A program made the position numbers and the translations under genes. From an uncultured virus (IMG/VR IMGVR_UViG_3300022885_000007) (lineage: Duplodnaviria > Heunggongvirae > Uroviricota > Caudoviricetes), in the IMG/VR virus record IMGVR_UViG_3300022885_000007: DNA of 20,000 bases; one strand, 5' to 3'. Under the pieces are notes generated by a model that was not told the DNA's origin, ran no database searches, and saw nothing but the letters and a program-made list of their open reading frames with translations. Shown in pieces: positions 1 through 7,698 of the stretch; the first letter of the stretch is position 1, and the number at the start of each line of letters is the position of its first letter.

Positions 1-34
1 TGCCCATATTTGACATACTGTTTGTACAAATAAT

Positions 35-190
35 TCATTTATCAATTGATGTTCCTCCAATGAGTAAATAGTCTACTAATGAGAAGAAGCCTACAATAAT
101 ACCACAGTATAATATAAACAACAGTATGTTGAATGTCCATGCTCCTATGAACCGTCGTCGTTCTCGTTTAAAGTATTCGTGGCGATTCAT
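35..190 (-). CDS. Small membrane protein, 51 aa (MNRHEYFKRERRRFIGAWTFNILLFILYCGIIVGFFSLVDYLLIGGTSIDK), not in ORF track
   Basis: Translated by hand. ATGA overlap with the stop of 187..570 and with the next start at 38. Basic N-terminus followed by one hydrophobic segment. Confidence 0.7.
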   Translation of the reverse strand: MNRHEYFKRERRRFIGAWTFNILLFILYCGIIVGFFSLVDYLLIGGTSIDK

Positions 191-570
191 ATTGAGTCCT
201 CTTTTTTTCTTGGCTCTGTTCTTTGGTCATATTTAAACGCCCCTGTGGCGCTCTCCATCGATGGATACTTGTTACATTTATAACACTTATGTAACTGAAA
301 TGGCAATTCTTTCCGAGGAATGAGAATGTATCCTCTATCATGGCACTGCATACATTCTTCATGCTCAGGGTCTGGGCCCTCCATCGTCAACTGCACATCT
401 TGTACGATTGTTTTTACAATAGCTAAATTGTGGGCATGCTCTTCAGCTTGTTCTAATAGATCGTTTTCTGCCGTGATCAACAGTGCTTGCACACATTCCA
501 ATTTCTTTATTGCCCTTTCCAGTTGTCCATCATCCATCATGTAATCTCCATCCAGTATATCCAGCTTCAT
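187..570 (-). CDS. Hypothetical phage protein: coiled-coil N-terminus and CxxC...CxxC zinc-ribbon-like C-terminus
   Basis: CMQC and CYKC motifs; tight packing with neighbours. Confidence 0.7.
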   Translation of the reverse strand: MKLDILDGDYMMDDGQLERAIKKLECVQALLITAENDLLEQAEEHAHNLAIVKTIVQDVQLTMEGPDPEHEECMQCHDRGYILIPRKELPFQLHKCYKCNKYPSMESATGAFKYDQRTEPRKKEDSI

Positions 571-724
571 AATGTATCATAGTTTCTTCGACATACCTAG
601 TCGAATCAATTAAGAACATATCTCCAGACTCGGACTTAAATGGTAACAACGTTTTGGTTTTCCACATTATTTTACTCCTTAGACCGTCTATTAAGTTAGT
701 TATGTTGCTTATCCATTTACTCAT
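530..724 (-). CDS. Hypothetical protein, 64 aa
   Basis: Fills the gap between neighbours on the same strand with short overlaps. Confidence 0.55.
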   Translation of the reverse strand: MSKWISNITNLIDGLRSKIMWKTKTLLPFKSESGDMFLIDSTRYVEETMIHYEAGYTGWRLHDG

Positions 725-1295
725 TCATCACATCACCAGGGGGCTTAGGTGTTTGTTCGGCACCCGCTGTATGTGGCGTATAGCCTGCATGTTGCATCAT
801 GCCAACCTTAGTAGGGTCTTTATACTCAGTTATCGTGTCATGTGTGTCGTGTTTACGGTTCAGTTTTGGATGGTTTAACGCTTCATACAAAACGAAGCGG
901 TGCTTAAAGTCTCCAGTATAGGGCCTCTTAACATTATTAATGTATACTCCCCTTTCGTTGTAATCCTCTACCCGACCCTCGTGGTTTGGGTTAGTTGTGG
1001 ATACACCATGGATAGTGACATGATCACCTATATTATAGGTCCTATCGGCTGAACTCGGCTTTAGCTGTTGTTTATCTTCCAATTCACTCATCTTATAGGA
1101 CATCTTATAGGATTCTTGGTGATCACCAATCAGACGCACACCGTTTGGTGAGAATTGCATAAGAAATTCTTCAATAGTCATGGCTAACAACTCTGCACGA
1201 GTCGATCTACCGCCACAATTGTTTGTTGCAGTATAGACACTGAATAAACTCTCGTAATAATTCTCTAATGCTTTAGGGTCTGTAAGTTTTTTCAT
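717..1295 (-). CDS. Hypothetical protein, 192 aa, possible SH3/KOW-like domain in the C-terminal half
   Basis: ATGA-coupled to the upstream gene. The segment YNIGDHVTI...EGRVED resembles a small beta-barrel. Confidence 0.75.
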   Translation of the reverse strand: MKKLTDPKALENYYESLFSVYTATNNCGGRSTRAELLAMTIEEFLMQFSPNGVRLIGDHQESYKMSYKMSELEDKQQLKPSSADRTYNIGDHVTIHGVSTTNPNHEGRVEDYNERGVYINNVKRPYTGDFKHRFVLYEALNHPKLNRKHDTHDTITEYKDPTKVGMMQHAGYTPHTAGAEQTPKPPGDVMNE

Positions 1296-1738
1296 ACTGG
1301 TATCCTTGTTAATAATTCATTTTGCATAACCAGTAACATCATCTCATTATGCTTTGGGTACCCAAAGCTTGGGTCTGTCTTTAACAATAGATCATAGACA
1401 GCTTGTACATGCTTTGTTGTCATGTCCATCACCCGAACATAAGTTACTGGTTGATCACCGTTTATCCCATAACTGCCCCAACGAACCTTTGATCGTATCA
1501 AGTCGTGGTCGTCGTCGTTATTCAGAGACAACATTGTCTCATCACCATTATTAGAACGCCTAAGGAACGTAAGACCTCCATCGATCATATACCACTTACC
1601 ATTAGCATCAATGTACTCATTGTAATCATGACGATATCGAGATTCCAATACAGTACCATCAGGTGTACGTAGTGCACTGTACACAACTCTTGTTCGGTGT
1701 TCTGTCTCGGGGTGTTTAATACGTTTAGTGTACCACAT
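1292..1738 (-). CDS. Conserved phage hypothetical protein (ALRTPDGT-LES-RHDY family), 148 aa; paralog of 8474..8851
   Basis: Start moved to ATG 1738 (MWYTKR), which follows a strong GAGGAGGA SD. Clear similarity to 8474..8851. Confidence 0.8.
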   Translation of the reverse strand: MWYTKRIKHPETEHRTRVVYSALRTPDGTVLESRYRHDYNEYIDANGKWYMIDGGLTFLRRSNNGDETMLSLNNDDDHDLIRSKVRWGSYGINGDQPVTYVRVMDMTTKHVQAVYDLLLKTDPSFGYPKHNEMMLLVMQNELLTRIPV

Positions 1739-1841
1739 GTGAATCCTCCTCCTCTTCTTCATCTTCAACAATGTCACAACAACCATCTTCGTCGCCGTGC
1801 AACCAGTCCTCGCAACTACCATTCCATCCATCAATATTCAT
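1725..1841 (-). CDS. Very acidic 38-aa peptide MNIDGWNGSCEDWLHGDEDGCCDIVEDEEEEEDSHVVH, not in ORF track
   Basis: ATG lies 6 nt downstream of a consensus -10 box. The stop overlaps the start region of the next gene. 15 of 38 residues are D/E and none are K/R. Confidence 0.65.
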   Translation of the reverse strand: MNIDGWNGSCEDWLHGDEDGCCDIVEDEEEEEDSHVVH

Positions 1842-1847
1842 ATACAG

Positions 1848-1876
1848 AGTATATCATAGTTTTGGATACAATGCAA
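1848..1876 (-). promoter_or_regulatory. Sigma70-type promoter TTGCAT-N17-TATACT with extended -10 TG
   Basis: Read on the minus strand in the intergenic gap 1842-1884. Confidence 0.7.
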
Positions 1877-1884
1877 CACCTTAA

Positions 1885-2094
1885 TTAATCTAACACTGGA
1901 GGAAGGGGTTGAGGCATCCAGTGAGTAACATCGTCTGTCAAGAACCCATGTCTCCCACCAAATTGATGACAGGTGTAACCTTCCTCAACGAAAGTTCTAT
2001 ATGTACCAAAGTGCATACCCACAAATTCAAAATAGTATATAACCCTTTGATCCTCAGTTGGGTATCTGTCTTTAACACTGATCCATTCACTCAT
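1885..2094 (-). CDS. DUF551-like phage protein
   Basis: MSEWISVKDRYP...VTHWMPQPLPP signature. Confidence 0.8.
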   Translation of the reverse strand: MSEWISVKDRYPTEDQRVIYYFEFVGMHFGTYRTFVEEGYTCHQFGGRHGFLTDDVTHWMPQPLPPVLD

Positions 2095-2575
2095 GATCCT
2101 TCTCCGTATTTAAAGTTGCTATGATTTCATCTGGGGTAAAGTAGCGCCAATATCCATAATGAGGGGAGTCCTTAGGTAATTTACCATGCATATCCTCATC
2201 TTCATGTTCCACAATTGCGGCGGTACTTCTGGATCTTTTGCGATATACAAATCCATTCACTGCGAATAATGTGCCAAAAGGGGCTACTTTAAAAACCATA
2301 TCAGTTGAGTATTTTGTTTCCCATTCGTAATATCCACCATCATATATAAATTCTTTCGGCGGTGTTGGTAATGGCATCCAATGCGATACATCATCGATTT
2401 CTATCTGATCAATATCATCTAGTACTATCCACCAAGTCTCAGTAGGATTAAAATAATTCCCATTATCAACATAAAGACTTACACTGGCATAACTCTTGCT
2501 ACAATGAATATATCCAAGAACGTGTTCGCCTTCTTTTGGTAATCTATCGTTGATGCTTATCCATTCACTCATCAC
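2087..2575 (-). CDS. DUF551-like domain fused to a C-terminal unknown domain
   Basis: MSEWISINDRLP...VSHWMPLPTPP followed by about 85 additional residues. Confidence 0.8.
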   Translation of the reverse strand: MMSEWISINDRLPKEGEHVLGYIHCSKSYASVSLYVDNGNYFNPTETWWIVLDDIDQIEIDDVSHWMPLPTPPKEFIYDGGYYEWETKYSTDMVFKVAPFGTLFAVNGFVYRKRSRSTAAIVEHEDEDMHGKLPKDSPHYGYWRYFTPDEIIATLNTEKDHE

Positions 2576-2829
2576 TCACCTGCACCCATTAATTTTCTTG
2601 TTGCTCGCTGACTGGCGCTCTCGCATTCCCTGTAGGATATTGCTTTAGTTGAAATGCTAAATAGATTGTCCGTTATTGGTGTAGCAACTATCTCGCGCAA
2701 GTGTCCACAACAAATTACAGTCCCGCTATATTCACCGAACAGGAATTCAACTTCCCCTTTGTTTAGAGTTGTCTGTCCACCTGGGGCAGAGCTAAGATAA
2801 TTCAATACATGTGTGACGTTTTTCATCAT
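2572..2829 (-). CDS. Hypothetical protein, 85 aa
   Basis: GAGGA SD upstream; ATGA coupling downstream. Confidence 0.7.
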   Translation of the reverse strand: MMKNVTHVLNYLSSAPGGQTTLNKGEVEFLFGEYSGTVICCGHLREIVATPITDNLFSISTKAISYRECESASQRATRKLMGAGE

Positions 2830-2850
2830 TTCATCCTCGTCTAATAAATT

Positions 2851-3105
2851 TTAAATTCCATATGGCATCCACATAAACCAACACATAACCAATACTATGG
2901 CAATCATGTCTCCGGTATCCAAGAATAATCCAGTAAATGATGGCACTGGGTTCTTTGCGGCTACGTACCTGTCAGCCGCATTACTAAGCGCCTTTTCTAC
3001 AGTGTCATCTCCATAATCAGATTTTAGCCATTGGTTAAGTTCGATCTCGGTGGCCGGTTCGGAGGCCCAAGCTTCCATCAAATATTTTTCTCTTTCAGTA
3101 ATCAT
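2851..3105 (-). CDS. Hypothetical protein with C-terminal hydrophobic segment, 84 aa
   Basis: ATGA-coupled; C-terminal MIAIVLVMCWFMW. Confidence 0.7.
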   Translation of the reverse strand: MITEREKYLMEAWASEPATEIELNQWLKSDYGDDTVEKALSNAADRYVAAKNPVPSFTGLFLDTGDMIAIVLVMCWFMWMPYGI

Positions 3106-3320
3106 AACTTCCCCTTTGGTCTCTTGCGAGCCGTAACCTCCTTAGCCTGAACACTTTGCTCAATGTTAGAGAAATCGAAATCAACAAGATCCTCGTTTTG
3201 CTGGTCGATAATTTCGTTTAGGAGTGCGTATCGTTGATGTACGTTTTGATCGGTTGAACTAGTCAAATAATGTATTAGTAATAATAATTGAGAATTTGAT
3301 ATTTTCATTGTAATTTCCAT
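3102..3320 (-). CDS. Hypothetical protein, 72 aa
   Basis: Part of the coupled minus-strand run. Confidence 0.65.
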   Translation of the reverse strand: MEITMKISNSQLLLLIHYLTSSTDQNVHQRYALLNEIIDQQNEDLVDFDFSNIEQSVQAKEVTARKRPKGKL

Positions 3321-3330
3321 AGTTGTTTAG

Positions 3331-3573
3331 TTATAAGTATTCGCATTCAATCGGACAAAGAGGGCTAACGCTGAACAACATCTTCCCAGTATCCGAACGC
3401 CCTATATATGTTGAATAGGGGTCGCCAGTGTAATGCAGGAAATCATGCTTGATTCCCGCCACCACGCCTCCTGCAAGTTGCTGACCTACAAAGTAAGATT
3501 TAGCGCCTGCTTCTGTTACAATTGAAAGTGTTTTAATACTCGCGCTTGAGTCAGCGGCGGCTGTCGTAACCAT
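3331..3573 (-). CDS. Hypothetical protein, 80 aa (start revised to MVTTAAADS)
   Basis: ATG 3573 overlaps the TGA of 3573..3704 (TGATG). Confidence 0.65.
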   Translation of the reverse strand: MVTTAAADSSASIKTLSIVTEAGAKSYFVGQQLAGGVVAGIKHDFLHYTGDPYSTYIGRSDTGKMLFSVSPLCPIECEYL

Positions 3574-3704
3574 CAATTCACCGCCAATGAATAGCCAATT
3601 ATCCATCCTATTACCAATAAACACACGCTTAAATACAAGCTAATTCGTATAACACGCTTTACCATTAGTTTACCTACCTCATTTCCAAAACCCGGTCCCA
3701 TCAT
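3573..3704 (-). CDS. Small membrane protein, 43 aa (MMGPGFGNEVGKLMVKRVIRISLYLSVCLLVIGWIIGYSLAVN), not in ORF track
   Basis: TGATG overlaps at both ends; one transmembrane-like segment. Confidence 0.65.
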   Translation of the reverse strand: MMGPGFGNEVGKLMVKRVIRISLYLSVCLLVIGWIIGYSLAVN

Positions 3705-3958
3705 CACTTCTCCTCCACTGATTCAGTGGTGTTGTTAATATCCTCCGCATTGATGCGGGCCTCTATAGCGTCCCAAGTTGGTTCATACTCAGGCCAGTCA
3801 TGCTCGACTACTACCGCCTTTAAAGATTCCTTTTTATGTAACAATCGGCTTTGCTCAACCCGAAAGCATATGTTACTTAACTGTATTTTTTGACTCTCGT
3901 TAAGAAACTCTTCTATATCTGACATTTTAAGTACTACATATCTTTGTTCTTTGTTCAT
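3704..3958 (-). CDS. Hypothetical phage protein, 84 aa (start revised to MNKEQRYVVLK)
   Basis: AGGAG SD and TGATG coupling at 3958; VVVEHDWPEYEPTW motif. Confidence 0.75.
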   Translation of the reverse strand: MNKEQRYVVLKMSDIEEFLNESQKIQLSNICFRVEQSRLLHKKESLKAVVVEHDWPEYEPTWDAIEARINAEDINNTTESVEEK

Positions 3959-4212
3959 CACTTCTCCTTTGCCGGCCAAAAATCGCAACGGCATGTCACA
4001 GTATAGTTTTCCCCTTTTCGGCGGGATTCAAATACAGACCAGTACCCTCCATAACACCTCTCCACCTCATCTATGGTTCTATCATGGAACCACTCTGCAA
4101 CTCCTTTGTGGGCAGGCGGACTATCTCTACGGAGCTGTTCACTGGGAACATGATAAATTCTTGAGAACTCTCTTATGGGTTTGTTTGCCTCAACGATTGC
4201 TTCCATATTCAT
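3958..4212 (-). CDS. Hypothetical protein, 84 aa
   Basis: Coupled at both ends. Confidence 0.65.
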   Translation of the reverse strand: MNMEAIVEANKPIREFSRIYHVPSEQLRRDSPPAHKGVAEWFHDRTIDEVERCYGGYWSVFESRRKGENYTVTCRCDFWPAKEK

Positions 4213-4361
4213 TTGAATTTCTTTCCTAGCCAGTTATGAACAGTGCCTGTTTTATTTTTATTTTTGTTTTTGGTCTTTTTATGTGTTTTTTCTATTTCTT
4301 CAAGCTCATCAAAAATAATCCAATCCGCTTGTAAGCCGTTCACCTTGCCGGTATATTTCAC
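4209..4361 (-). CDS. Small Lys-rich protein, 50 aa (GTG start; MKYTGKVNGLQADWIIFDELEEIEK...), not in ORF track
   Basis: Fills the gap exactly; ATGA overlap with the next gene. Confidence 0.55.
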   Translation of the reverse strand: MKYTGKVNGLQADWIIFDELEEIEKTHKKTKNKNKNKTGTVHNWLGKKFK

Positions 4362-4362
4362 T

Positions 4363-4575
4363 TCACTTTCCATAAAAATGCAGTGAGACCCTTCTCCGAT
4401 CCCAAGCCTTAAAATAGTTACTAGCCAAAAATTCTTTTCTTGCCTTTATAAAATGACCCCGATAATCGCATTTGGCACATTCAAAAGGGCCGTACACGTA
4501 GCTTTTACGTGCATTTTCGCGTGGTAAACGGCCCTCTTCGTATGGGCCTTCACATTTGTGGCATATAATTTTCAT
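4363..4575 (-). CDS. Small zinc-ribbon-like protein, 70 aa
   Basis: CHKC and CAKC motifs; GAGGAAAGG SD upstream. Confidence 0.7.
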   Translation of the reverse strand: MKIICHKCEGPYEEGRLPRENARKSYVYGPFECAKCDYRGHFIKARKEFLASNYFKAWDRRRVSLHFYGK

Positions 4576-4591
4576 AACCTTTCCTCATTCT

Positions 4592-4816
4592 TCACCCTCG
4601 GCCTATTCGGCCTATTCGGTAAGCATTAATCGACATAATAATAACCGCATACACCCATGACAGTAAAAACGCCGCTAGACAATACCAGAGCATATTTTCG
4701 TAAGGCGCTTCGTATGTGATTAATCCAGTGAGTACCACTATGCCCTGAGTAAGCAGAACAGTGCCTGTTATATTTGTTAACATTGTTGCCCAAAAATAGC
4801 TTAATTTTTTCATCAC
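4592..4816 (-). CDS. Two-TM membrane protein, 74 aa
   Basis: Two hydrophobic segments; GAGGTG SD upstream. Confidence 0.7.
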   Translation of the reverse strand: MMKKLSYFWATMLTNITGTVLLTQGIVVLTGLITYEAPYENMLWYCLAAFLLSWVYAVIIMSINAYRIGRIGRG

Positions 4817-4827
4817 TTCACCTCTGT

Positions 4828-5082
4828 TTAATCTTCATTCTTCTTTCGTCTTTCTCGTTTATCTTTGATTTCAGAGAAGATGTAAGACTCCCCCGTTAGG
4901 ATATCCCAGCTTTCAGAGTAGAAGGTTTTTATCTTTTCTCTCTCCTCTAATATAATTACTACAGGTATGACAATAGGCGAGAATATTAACATTGTTATAG
5001 CTTTGAGCACTAGTTTGATTTCATCAAATCTTAGTAAGTCTTTCATGCGTACTGCGTTTTGCAAATCTGTTTCTTTTGACAT
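4828..5082 (-). CDS. Hypothetical protein with one hydrophobic segment, 84 aa
   Basis: AITMLIFSPIVIPVVIIL segment; GAGGG SD upstream. Confidence 0.7.
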   Translation of the reverse strand: MSKETDLQNAVRMKDLLRFDEIKLVLKAITMLIFSPIVIPVVIILEEREKIKTFYSESWDILTGESYIFSEIKDKRERRKKNED

Positions 5083-5087
5083 GTCTA

Positions 5088-5345
5088 TTATCCCTCTATT
5101 TCCATTGATATAGCCGACATACGGTCCCTATGGGATTTGGTCAATACTAACGCAATGGTGGTCCATAAAGAAATAGCCACTGCTCCACACAAATACCAGT
5201 GTATGTGTCTGTAAGAAGATGTGGGCACAATCATGTCATTGAGTACAAAAATCGCATAAGTATAGAATGCAGTTGCTGTAACCTTTGTTATTTCGATTGA
5301 TCCCTTGATACTCCACTTAAGGTTCTGGTCGCTTAGTCTTTTCAT
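5088..5345 (-). CDS. Two-TM membrane protein, 85 aa (start revised to MKRLSDQNLKW)
   Basis: TAATG coupling with 5345..5521. The longer TTG-start ORF in the track would overlap that gene. Confidence 0.7.
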   Translation of the reverse strand: MKRLSDQNLKWSIKGSIEITKVTATAFYTYAIFVLNDMIVPTSSYRHIHWYLCGAVAISLWTTIALVLTKSHRDRMSAISMEIEG

Positions 5346-5521
5346 TAAAATACAAACGTCATAAAAAATATGTGGACTCTTATGTAGCCTGCTTCCGAGT
5401 GAACGCAAAACAAACAACGTGCCTCGTCCTCCCAATTATTGACGGACAAAAGCCAACACCCATATATTGAATCCGAAGGTATCCAATCTATTCCAAATAA
5501 GTCAAAACTCATATACTCCAC
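5345..5521 (-). CDS. Paralog 3 of the tandem small hydrophobic family, 58 aa (MEYMSFDLFGIDWIPSDSIYGCWLLSVNNWEDEARCLFCVHSEAGYIRVHIFFMTFVF), not in ORF track
   Basis: Translated by hand; 28 of 58 residues identical to 5553..5744 in my manual alignment; AAGGAG SD-like sequence at the 5' end. Confidence 0.8.
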   Translation of the reverse strand: MEYMSFDLFGIDWIPSDSIYGCWLLSVNNWEDEARCLFCVHSEAGYIRVHIFFMTFVF

Positions 5522-5557
5522 TCCTTGTTAATCCAATCAATGTTTAGTCTTTTCATT
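5516..5557. repeat. 42-nt direct repeat, copy 1 (ctccactccttgttaatccaatcaatgtttagtcttttcatt)
   Basis: Identical to 5739-5780. Partial copies at 6001-6024 (22/24) and 5333-5346 (14/14). Confidence 0.95.
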
Positions 5558-5744
5558 CGAACGAGAAAAAGAATTTCATAAAAAATATATCGAGGAGTAT
5601 ATAGTCCGCGCACCAATCAGCGCCCAACAAACAACGAACCTCGCCATCCGGCCCCCAAATATTAATGGCCCCAATTAAAACTGAATATAGTGAATCCTTA
5701 GGTACCCAATTTATTACAAATAAAATAAAACTCATGTGCTCCAC
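5553..5744 (-). CDS. Paralog 2 of the tandem small hydrophobic family, 63 aa
   Basis: Shares SFxLFxIxW...SxY...NxW...RCL...YI...FxMxF with both neighbours. Confidence 0.8.
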   Translation of the reverse strand: MEHMSFILFVINWVPKDSLYSVLIGAINIWGPDGEVRCLLGADWCADYILLDIFFMKFFFSFE

Positions 5745-5780
5745 TCCTTGTTAATCCAATCAATGTTTAGTCTTTTCATT
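5739..5780. repeat. 42-nt direct repeat, copy 2
   Basis: Identical to 5516-5557. Confidence 0.95.
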
Positions 5781-6006
5781 ATACCGAGATAAAGAACTGC
5801 ATATAAAATAAATCGAGGGTTATATAGGCACCGCCATACAAGGGCTGGCCTGTATGCATGTCCACGCCTGGGTCCCAGGCAACGCCTAACAAACAACGAA
5901 TATCCTCATCCCAATTATTAACGCCCATAAAATGAAACGCATATATTGAATACTTGGTTACCCATTCTATTTCAAATAAAATAAAACTCAAATTCACGTA
6001 CTCCAC
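5779..6006 (-). CDS. Paralog 1 of the tandem small hydrophobic family, 75 aa, with an internal loop insertion
   Basis: Same conserved pattern as the other two copies. Confidence 0.8.
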   Translation of the reverse strand: MEYVNLSFILFEIEWVTKYSIYAFHFMGVNNWDEDIRCLLGVAWDPGVDMHTGQPLYGGAYITLDLFYMQFFISV

Positions 6007-6302
6007 TCCTTAATAATCCAATCAGTATCTTTGTCTAATAATTCCACACGGTCTTTTATTTGATTATATAAACCAGACATACTCATGCGCATGGCGTATC
6101 CTTTTTTGTGTACTACATAGCAACTGCCGCTCTCTCCATAAAAGCGCCAATGTTTTCCTGCATCCTCTACTCTAGTAATACCACTGTTCAGCCTCCAACT
6201 GCCGCCAGTAGTATATCCACCACTCCATCCGCCTAGTACTTTGTAAAGACCTGCTTCCATCTTTACGACGACCCAACTGTCTGGATAATAATCATTGTTC
6301 AT
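5994..6302 (-). CDS. Conserved phage hypothetical protein (PDxWVVVK...GGWSGGY...SWRLNSGI family)
   Basis: Motif recalled from myovirus hypothetical proteins; ATGA coupling. Confidence 0.8.
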   Translation of the reverse strand: MNNDYYPDSWVVVKMEAGLYKVLGGWSGGYTTGGSWRLNSGITRVEDAGKHWRFYGESGSCYVVHKKGYAMRMSMSGLYNQIKDRVELLDKDTDWIIKEWST

Positions 6303-6571
6303 AAATTGTCACCTTTTTTCGCGTCGATAAACACTTTTAGGGTACGGTCTGCATCTTGCAAACTATATCTAATGCTTTCATTTTTGTCAAGATAGTGAAC
6401 ATACGAACGACCTTTTTGATCTATCACCTCAAATCGAGTCACATTGTTCATTGCCTCTAGTTCTTTGACTTTATCTCTTAGGTCGTATATCTCTTGCGGT
6501 GTCCAGTCAGCATCACAGGCACATTCAGATTGGCTGTAAGCGGCACAGGTACAACCGTAACCATCACTCAT
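6299..6571 (-). CDS. Hypothetical phage protein, 90 aa (Cys-rich N-terminus; VTRFEVID...SLQD...TLKVF C-terminus)
   Basis: Coupled at both ends. Confidence 0.75.
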   Translation of the reverse strand: MSDGYGCTCAAYSQSECACDADWTPQEIYDLRDKVKELEAMNNVTRFEVIDQKGRSYVHYLDKNESIRYSLQDADRTLKVFIDAKKGDNL

Positions 6572-6825
6572 TTTTTCACCTTTGCGATGTATTCCGTGGT
6601 GGGAGGCTCTATCGCGATAAGCTCTAGCATAGAAATCGCTCTGGACAATATACGGTAAATCGGAGAAATATTAATATTCCCAGATTCGCCTACTATACCA
6701 GAAAAATCAATCTTAATGCCGTTATTGCAGATTATAGCCGGCGCAGATTTAACTGTGAATTCACCAGCCTTTGCAAATCTGAATTCGCCAACCTTTGCAA
6801 TTTCTATTTCTTTGGTGTCAGTCAT
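6568..6825 (-). CDS. Hypothetical protein, 85 aa
   Basis: Coupled (TAGATG upstream, ATGA downstream). Confidence 0.65.
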   Translation of the reverse strand: MTDTKEIEIAKVGEFRFAKAGEFTVKSAPAIICNNGIKIDFSGIVGESGNINISPIYRILSRAISMLELIAIEPPTTEYIAKVKK

Positions 6826-6978
6826 CTACTGAAACCAAAGCCAAGTGCCGTGTACCCATGCTATCGGAAACAAGATGGCTCCTGCAATGAGGAATCCCCA
6901 TGAACCTGCAATAAAGCACGAGATTACATGAGTAAACCAGGCGGCTATCGCCCAAAGTATTATTAATATTAATGGCAT
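6826..6978 (-). CDS. Small two-TM membrane protein, 50 aa (MPLILIILWAIAAWFTHVISCFIAGSWGFLIAGAILFPIAWVHGTWLWFQ), not in ORF track
   Basis: AAGGA SD and a promoter directly upstream; stop abuts the next ATG. Confidence 0.8.
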   Translation of the reverse strand: MPLILIILWAIAAWFTHVISCFIAGSWGFLIAGAILFPIAWVHGTWLWFQ

Positions 6979-7006
6979 AATGTATTTTCCTTATTAGTAA
7001 AGTTAT

Positions 7007-7035
7007 AGATTAGCACACAGATGCCCCAATGTCAA
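7007..7035 (-). promoter_or_regulatory. Sigma70-type promoter TTGACA-N17-TAATCT with extended -10 TG
   Basis: Perfect -35 box and 17-nt spacer in an intergenic gap. Confidence 0.7.
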
Positions 7036-7044
7036 TCTTTAATG

Positions 7045-7698
7045 TTAATCCCAAAGTGATTCGAAGTAGACTCCGAACAGTCGGAATCCATTGCTGATGC
7101 GTTTTTGGTATTTGTCGCGAGCAACACGATCAACTTTAAAAGTGTGATTGGGCCCATGAGTCATTTCACTATGTCCATTACCGCAAGGCACCCAGACAAT
7201 ATCCATTTCGCCTGATTGGAACTGCTCTTCCCAATCTTCATCTACTTTGCTTTGAAATGCAAAGATCATTTCATCCATAACCCACTCCCAACGAGCAAAG
7301 TGATTATTGTCTAGGTGACCAGTTGAACTGGCCTCTGTCGTTTGCTTCTTAGTAGCACGAAGTTCTTTGGGAACATCTTTCATGTCTACCATAGGTCCAC
7401 CGTGATTATCTTTTTTGAGTTGCACTAACATAGGCAATATAATAAGAGCAACAGTGTGATCCATACTCCAAGTATCCCACGGATCAATGCGAACCATTAC
7501 ACGCTGTTCTAAACGGTCTAGTACTAGGTTACCTGTCCAGTTATAAACAGTTTGTAATATACCTTCGAGGTATTCTAGTGCATGATCGGTGAAAGTAATA
7601 TTCTCATTATCACACATGAATCCATATTTCTTCTCCATATGCCGAGTGTGTATATTGCTAATCCAACGACTAGGGTACTGTCCGATTTTAACTTGCAT
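7045..7698 (-). CDS. Conserved myovirus hypothetical protein, 217 aa (DTWSMD...WVMDEMIFAF...GFRLFG...LWD)
   Basis: Recognisable family motif; GAGGA SD upstream. Confidence 0.85.
   Translation of the reverse strand: MQVKIGQYPSRWISNIHTRHMEKKYGFMCDNENITFTDHALEYLEGILQTVYNWTGNLVLDRLEQRVMVRIDPWDTWSMDHTVALIILPMLVQLKKDNHGGPMVDMKDVPKELRATKKQTTEASSTGHLDNNHFARWEWVMDEMIFAFQSKVDEDWEEQFQSGEMDIVWVPCGNGHSEMTHGPNHTFKVDRVARDKYQKRISNGFRLFGVYFESLWD

Noticed and set aside
1089..1112. 12-nt tandem duplication (SYKMSYKM); similar 9-nt repeat near 4598-4618
   Set aside because: In-frame two-copy microduplications with no sign of a wider system.
5516..5780. 42-nt direct repeats as a CRISPR array
   Set aside because: Only two full copies, separated by 181 nt that encodes a paralogous gene; no cas genes in the window.
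5345..6006. Paralogs as DGR template and variable repeats
   Set aside because: Differences include indels and are not confined to adenines; no reverse transcriptase in the window.
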